Shown piece by piece: positions 58,806-64,000 of a DNA stretch of 64,000 bases (positions within the stretch are counted from its first letter, which is position 1; each line of letters starts with the position of its first letter). The stretch covers positions 42,780,001 through 42,844,000 of the forward strand of contig OX597814.1 in the NCBI GenBank assembly GCA_951406725.2, read 5' to 3'. The stretch comes from Octopus vulgaris. Taxonomy: Eukaryota. Below the pieces are notes generated by a model. The model saw only the letters and a list, made by a program, of their open reading frames with translations. It was not told the origin of the DNA and made no database searches. The translations under genes and the position numbers were made by a program.

Positions 58806-59591
58806 TTATTGCTTATTTAGCTTGGGTTCGAATTTATCAATAAAATTCTTTTCTCTGATTTTCCTCTCGATTTCACTTGGGCTGTGTAATTTGTAGAATG
58901 GAAATATTATATATATTTTCCGACCACATGTTGCTAGGTGGTTACTCAAAGGTATCTGACGGACCTCTGTGTCTCTAATCTGTTGCCGGTGTACACGTGA
59001 GCGTTCTAATAGTGCGTTTCCCGTCTGACCTACATATATTTCTTCACAATTTGGGCATTTGATGCAGTAAATTAAATTTCTGCTTTTGCAGTTCATATTC
59101 GCGTTTGTGAATATTTTCCCGGTTTTTGTGTTTATATATTGACCGGTATGTATGAATTGGCATGTGCCACATCGGCTATCATTGCATTTAGATACCGTGA
59201 ATGTTTGGTCTTTGTTGCTGAGGTCAAATTTTGCCTTTGTTAGTAATGTTTTCAAGTTTTTAGGCTGTCTTTTACTAAGCACCATAGCTCGATCCTTGAT
59301 TATGTCTTTTAATTCATTACTTTGGGCAATGATTGGTAGGTTTGCTTTGGCAATGTTGAAGATATTCTGGTGACATGGGTTGTGTGTCACTATGAATGGT
59401 ATGACTTGTTCTTGTTTTCCTCTTCCTTGGGTTGTCCTAAGTTGTTGTATAGGTATTTCTATAGCCCGCTGTATGCCATTTTCTATAAGTAGAGATGGGT
59501 ATTTTTGTTTGAGCAAAAATTCTCTTAGTTCTATTAGGCGTTTGTTCCTGATATTTGCATCTTCTACAATAGTACAAATTCTTCTGGCTAT
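58806..59591 (-). CDS. PLE polyprotein C-terminus: RT thumb end, linker, Cys-rich finger, GIY-YIG endonuclease (5'-truncated)
   Basis: Open frame from IARRICTIVED through IPFIVTHNP, KRQPKNLKTLL, CNDSRCGTC, NCKSRNLIYCIKCPNCEEIYVGQT..R..H..H..RE..I..LN. Confidence 0.9.
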   Translation of the reverse strand: MARRICTIVEDANIRNKRLIELREFLLKQKYPSLLIENGIQRAIEIPIQQLRTTQGRGKQEQVIPFIVTHNPCHQNIFNIAKANLPIIAQSNELKDIIKDRAMVLSKRQPKNLKTLLTKAKFDLSNKDQTFTVSKCNDSRCGTCQFIHTGQYINTKTGKIFTNANMNCKSRNLIYCIKCPNCEEIYVGQTGNALLERSRVHRQQIRDTEVRQIPLSNHLATCGRKIYIIFPFYKLHSPSEIERKIREKNFIDKFEPKLNKQ

Positions 59592-59734
59592 ATGTTAAGA
59601 CATTTTGTTGCTTTTTTTACCATCGAGGAAAAACGTGTTTTGTTGATATACGGGCATCACACACACACGAATATGTATGCGTACAAAAACATGTATGCAA
59701 TATGTGTAGTACGTACGTGTGTGTATGTGTGTTG

Positions 59735-59789
<55 letters not shown>

Positions 59790-60437
59790 GTAGATATAGT
59801 TGAATGGGCAGGTAAATTTGTACACTTTAGTTAAGGCTCTTTAGAGATTATGCTGTAATATGAATGTGGATAGCGTATCTTTCAAAATAATTTAATAGAG
59901 CGATGTAAACAATCGAAGTGTTAGAGAAGAGTTCATTGTGTGTGTGTGTGTATGTGTGTGCATAGATGTGTATGTATGTATGAGTGTATTTAGTATGTAC
60001 GTGTGTGTGTTGCTATAATCACGTCTTTAGTATCTTACAATGACAATTTTGTGGTAAGATAATGTTTATGAGAAAAGAGTTTAATCTTACTTGTCTATAA
60101 TTGTATTACTAGACACTTGATATCATTAAACTAAACAACTTTTGTTTCTGTTATCATTCCGTATCTTTATACGTATTATACGTTTATTCGTAATGTGTTG
60201 GTATAAAACTGACGTGTCTTTTCTTTTAAACACTCTTTGTTGCACCAATGCAGAACATTCACTATATTAGAAAACCTACAACGTAATATGCGTCACAGTA
60301 GATTTCTGGAGCCTCGTTGACAGCATATATGCATTGTGTTAAATACGCGTGGTACAATATTGTAGTGAAACTTCTGAAAAAATAACATTCAAAGAGTATT
60401 TTTATAGAAGACACACTAGCATTTTCTATATTTTGTA

Positions 60438-61150
60438 GTAGGTCGTCACATAATGTGTTTTTTATATACTTCTTTTATTTCTCAAAATTAAGATACACAG
60501 AGTTATTTTTTATCTAAACTAAACTCTTTTTCATTTTCTACAATGCTCCTCCATCTATCTGGTAGATTTTCAGGGCTTCTCTCCCAAAATCCACTTGTTC
60601 GTCGCGAAAAATACTCCTCCGGTACTGTTCTGATCTCGTCTACAGAATTCATATTTTTTAATTAGATGAGGCAATATCCGACGAATATACTGGGTGAGTT
60701 ATTGCTTCCTATTCATACTACTCCAGACTTTGAAATATCATCCTCGCTGTATGTGGCCGAGCATTATCCTGATCGAAGTACACCTTTCGTCTTGAAACCA
60801 AATATGGTCGATTTCCTTCTAACGCTGACATACGCCGCTCAAGCGGAACCACCGTTGACTTCGGCTTACGCTTATTGTTCGTTACCCATATACTGCATTA
60901 ATATTCCTCGCACTTTCCGTTGTTTTATTGCTATTATTAAACTCATAAAGAAAAATATGCCGAATATTCTCTTCTGTTACTTCCATTAAAAGTTTGGAAA
61001 AATAACTGTTAAATCTATTCAAAACTTGCTCTAAGAGTAAGAAAAATGTAAAACTTACTACCTGCTTTTAAAGTAATTTGATGCAGATAGTTTATCCCCC
61101 ACATCACTCCGACGTTTTGTTCATGCAATGGAAAAAAAACAATATATTGA
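60438..61150 (-). mobile_element. mariner remnant, same family as 13509-14152, internally deleted
   Basis: Starts MEVTEENIRHIFLYEFN..ARNINAVYG*..SQRWF at ~60986; later QDNARPHT. TIR-like taggtcgtcacataatg near 60439. Confidence 0.85.
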
Positions 61151-62544
61151 TATCGAGAAAGTAAATATAAAACAGATTTACATACAAAACAAGTGAAGTC
61201 AGATAATGATTTTTTTTCTTTTGCCCGTTTATCTGGAGTTGACTCATCAAATTTGCCAGTATTGAAGGAGAAACGTTATCATGTTTAGTAAATTGAAATC
61301 TGAGTTTTTGTTTTGAATAACATTTTGCTGAAATGAGCTGCTATTTCAATAGGATTGTGTCTATGTAAACCCTTTCAACATGTTTCGACTCATCATTTTC
61401 TGATCTTGTCTCTGAATGTGCATTAGTAGAAGAATCATAATTACATTTAATTACTAAATGTCCCTTATATCCCATCGTCCCCACATGTATTTTCTTATAT
61501 AGAAATGGCAAGATTGAACTCATAATCCTTACTACAATCTAAATTGAGAATAAGCATCAGTTTTCAGTATGATAATAAAAATATTTATATAGACAAATAA
61601 TGAAACTGTACATATATTCTTTCCAATGTCCAAGAGTTCTTTGATCCGAGAAGAGATTACAATAAGAAAACGTATATAAGCAGAAGCGAAAAAAGACAAA
61701 TTAAATTACTCTGAACTTCTATTCAGTTTACATTGTTGAAAAAAGAATGATTTACAATTTCTTTTGGGGACAAGATGACGTTTCTACTTCAATGGAGAAA
61801 AGTTGTAGGTATAGCAAAGTATTGCGTAGCGCGCTTGTGTTGCACTAGAGTTGAATAATTCTATATCTTATCATTGTTTGTTTAATGATTATTTAAGTTA
61901 TCCTAAAGGGCTAACCGTTATTTTGCTCGACTCAAAATCCTTTTCAATAGAATGTACAATGTATTTCTTTCTTTTCAATTATAAAAGAAAATCAGTATAT
62001 ATAAAAAAGTAAACGAATAAAAATATCAAGAATCTACATTCATTATATTTGTTTGCATTGACAACCCTGTGTCAAATACAAAATTCCCACACAAGTGATT
62101 CATTCCCGAAAGTGATGAACAAGATTTGAATACTATATTGGGAAAATAAAGCAAATTTAAACGTGCAGGCAACGACAAATGAATTAGGTTGAAATACACG
62201 ATAACATTTACAAAAACTATCATCTAAACAAGACAGACGAAATACTGTCTATCTTCACACCATTTCTGTGAATCTCTACATCTATATACACACATGCACA
62301 AATACAGAAACAAATAAAACACCCAAAATCATGAATTCACACAGTAATTTTAACATGTACATAAATATAAGTATGTATGTATATGTGTGCGTGTGTGTGT
62401 GTTTGTATGTGTGCATGTATTTTTACATACATAAACACATATGGTTTTGTCCTTGTCGTTGAATGTCTATTCAATTATGTAAGTATTGATTGATTCAAAT
62501 GTGAATCGATCTGACCATCCACAAGACGGCCGCTCACATTATAT

Positions 62545-62596
<52 letters not shown>

Positions 62597-62649
62597 GTAT
62601 TATTAGATTTTGGACGTATATATGTATATATATGTGTGTGTGTTTGTGT

Positions 62650-62850
62650 GACGGTGTTTGTCCCCCTAACATCGCTTGACAACCGATGTTGGTGTGTTTA
62701 CGTCCCCGTAACATAGCGGTTCGGCAAAAGAAACCGACAGAATAAGTACTAAGCTTACAAAGAAGAAGTCTTGGGGGTCGATATCCTCGGTGCTCCAGCA
62801 TGGGAGCAGTCAAATTACTGAAACAAGTAAAAGTGTAAAAGAGAGTAAAG
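62650..62850 (+). mobile_element. 3' half of a tRNA-SINE (9141 family)
   Basis: catcgcttgacaaccgatgttggtgtgtttacgtccccgtaac..agcggttcggcaaaaga...gctccagcatg...actgaaacaagtaaaag is the reverse complement of 9145-9330. Confidence 0.85.
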
Positions 62851-63738
62851 AGTTCACTTCTATCCAGTTGGCGGTAAGATTTTGCAGAACATAATCTTAC
62901 AAGTAATTTAAAATATATATTATTCTCTTTTAATTTCCAGATACATTTAGTAAGACTAGTCGAAGAACGTTTGGCAGAGATTTTAAAAGAACATTCGTGG
63001 TTAGCCAGGCGGGTCTTATTATAAGATTGAGATGTCTCTATATAGTAGAAGTGTTTACCTTGGTTTCAATTAGAGATTGGTATACCAAATTCTTCTGTTT
63101 GGAACAATTATTAAATTAACATTGCAAAAATTTCTCATTATCTCTAGAAACTACATGTTGGTTTCAGGCAGTAATGATATTGCCTTTCGCTAAACATATT
63201 TGCCCGAATCAATTATAGTATTATTCTAGCATAATTCTTATTCGTTTCGTTATATTTCAATTTAAATATCATACTCGGTGTACCCACTAAATAGTTCCAA
63301 TGTACTTTAGTAACCTATAGTCATAATACATAAATATTGATAATCTGCTTTTCTTCATATGACGTATTCCTTCTTACAATCGAATGATCTTCAATTTACA
63401 TATTCATTTAGCTAATAATTAATATTTACAAACTTATTATATTACATTATAACATATACCATAATACATGTTCCCTTAAAATCTACAAGTCTTTTATTTC
63501 ATTACATGATAGTTTTATGTTTTTCTTTCTACACCCTCTTTCAATGTATTTTTTTTCGTTTTCTCACGTATTAACTGAGCAATTTTAAACATTAAATACC
63601 CCTACATATAACCCTAACAACTTATCTTTCCTAATAGCATTTATTTACAAAAAACATATAACTTTGACAAATAGTCTGCATATATATAAACATAAACAAA
63701 AGGAGAGACACGAAAGTTTTGGGAGTACGGTGCGACAG

Positions 63739-63779
63739 ACGCCTGATGAATGTACGCATGTACGGAAAACTATAAGTGT
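63739..63779 (+). ncRNA. Hammerhead-like motif with canonical core and imperfect stem III
   Basis: ACGC-CUGAUGA-A-UGUAC gcau GUACG-GAAA-acuauaa-GUGU. Confidence 0.45.
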
Positions 63780-63798
63780 ATGTAGTTGAAACATTTAG

Positions 63799-63801
<3 letters not shown>

Positions 63802-63870
<69 letters not shown>
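63802..63870. repeat. (TA)n microsatellite
   Basis: Direct reading. Confidence 0.97.
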
Positions 63871-63873
<3 letters not shown>

Positions 63874-64000
63874 AGGTTATTCAAATATACACGTGCGTAA
63901 ATGTGTAGATAAACATGTGCTAATGTGTAAACATATTAATTTGAATATGGATTTATATACTTATGAATAACGACTTCCATGATATATATTATAACGTTCA

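Larger units (their letters stand above)
58134..59591 (-). mobile_element. Penelope-like element (Neptune-type), young 5'-truncated copy with pLTR
   Basis: Intact C-terminal ORF, ~670-bp 3' region containing a hammerhead motif, and a 3' end abutting (TA)n. Confidence 0.9.

Noticed and set aside
61341-62223. Two short minus-strand ORFs in unique-looking DNA
   Set aside because: 60-65 aa, no motifs, and within chance expectation for a 64-kb window.

Overview
AT-rich, microsatellite-saturated eukaryotic DNA. It is most likely an Octopus (coleoid cephalopod) intergenic or intronic region, inferred from the repeat families present. I find no host protein-coding gene; almost all track ORFs are microsatellite artefacts. 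The window is mostly mobile DNA: (i) a cluster of at least 7 R4/Dong-clade RLE non-LTR retrotransposon copies (12-28 kb), mostly embedded in (TAA)n tracts, including a copy with ~890 codons of frame broken by one in-frame TGA; (ii) a ~550-bp non-coding element that also sits in (TAA)n; (iii) three Penelope-like (GIY-YIG) elements; (iv) a Helitron remnant, Tc1/mariner remnants, two RTE LINE fragments, an ORF1-only Tx1-like insertion, many tRNA-derived SINEs and several fold-back elements. The most interesting signal is a set of minimal type-I hammerhead-ribozyme-like motifs with atypical cores (CCGAAGA, CUGUGGA). Three of them lie in a TSD-flanked array of ~150-nt monomers at 44337-45888 that resembles a non-LTR retrozyme, and one at 41831-41957 has a 92-nt structured stem II extension. 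All alignments and folds were done by eye and need computational and experimental confirmation.
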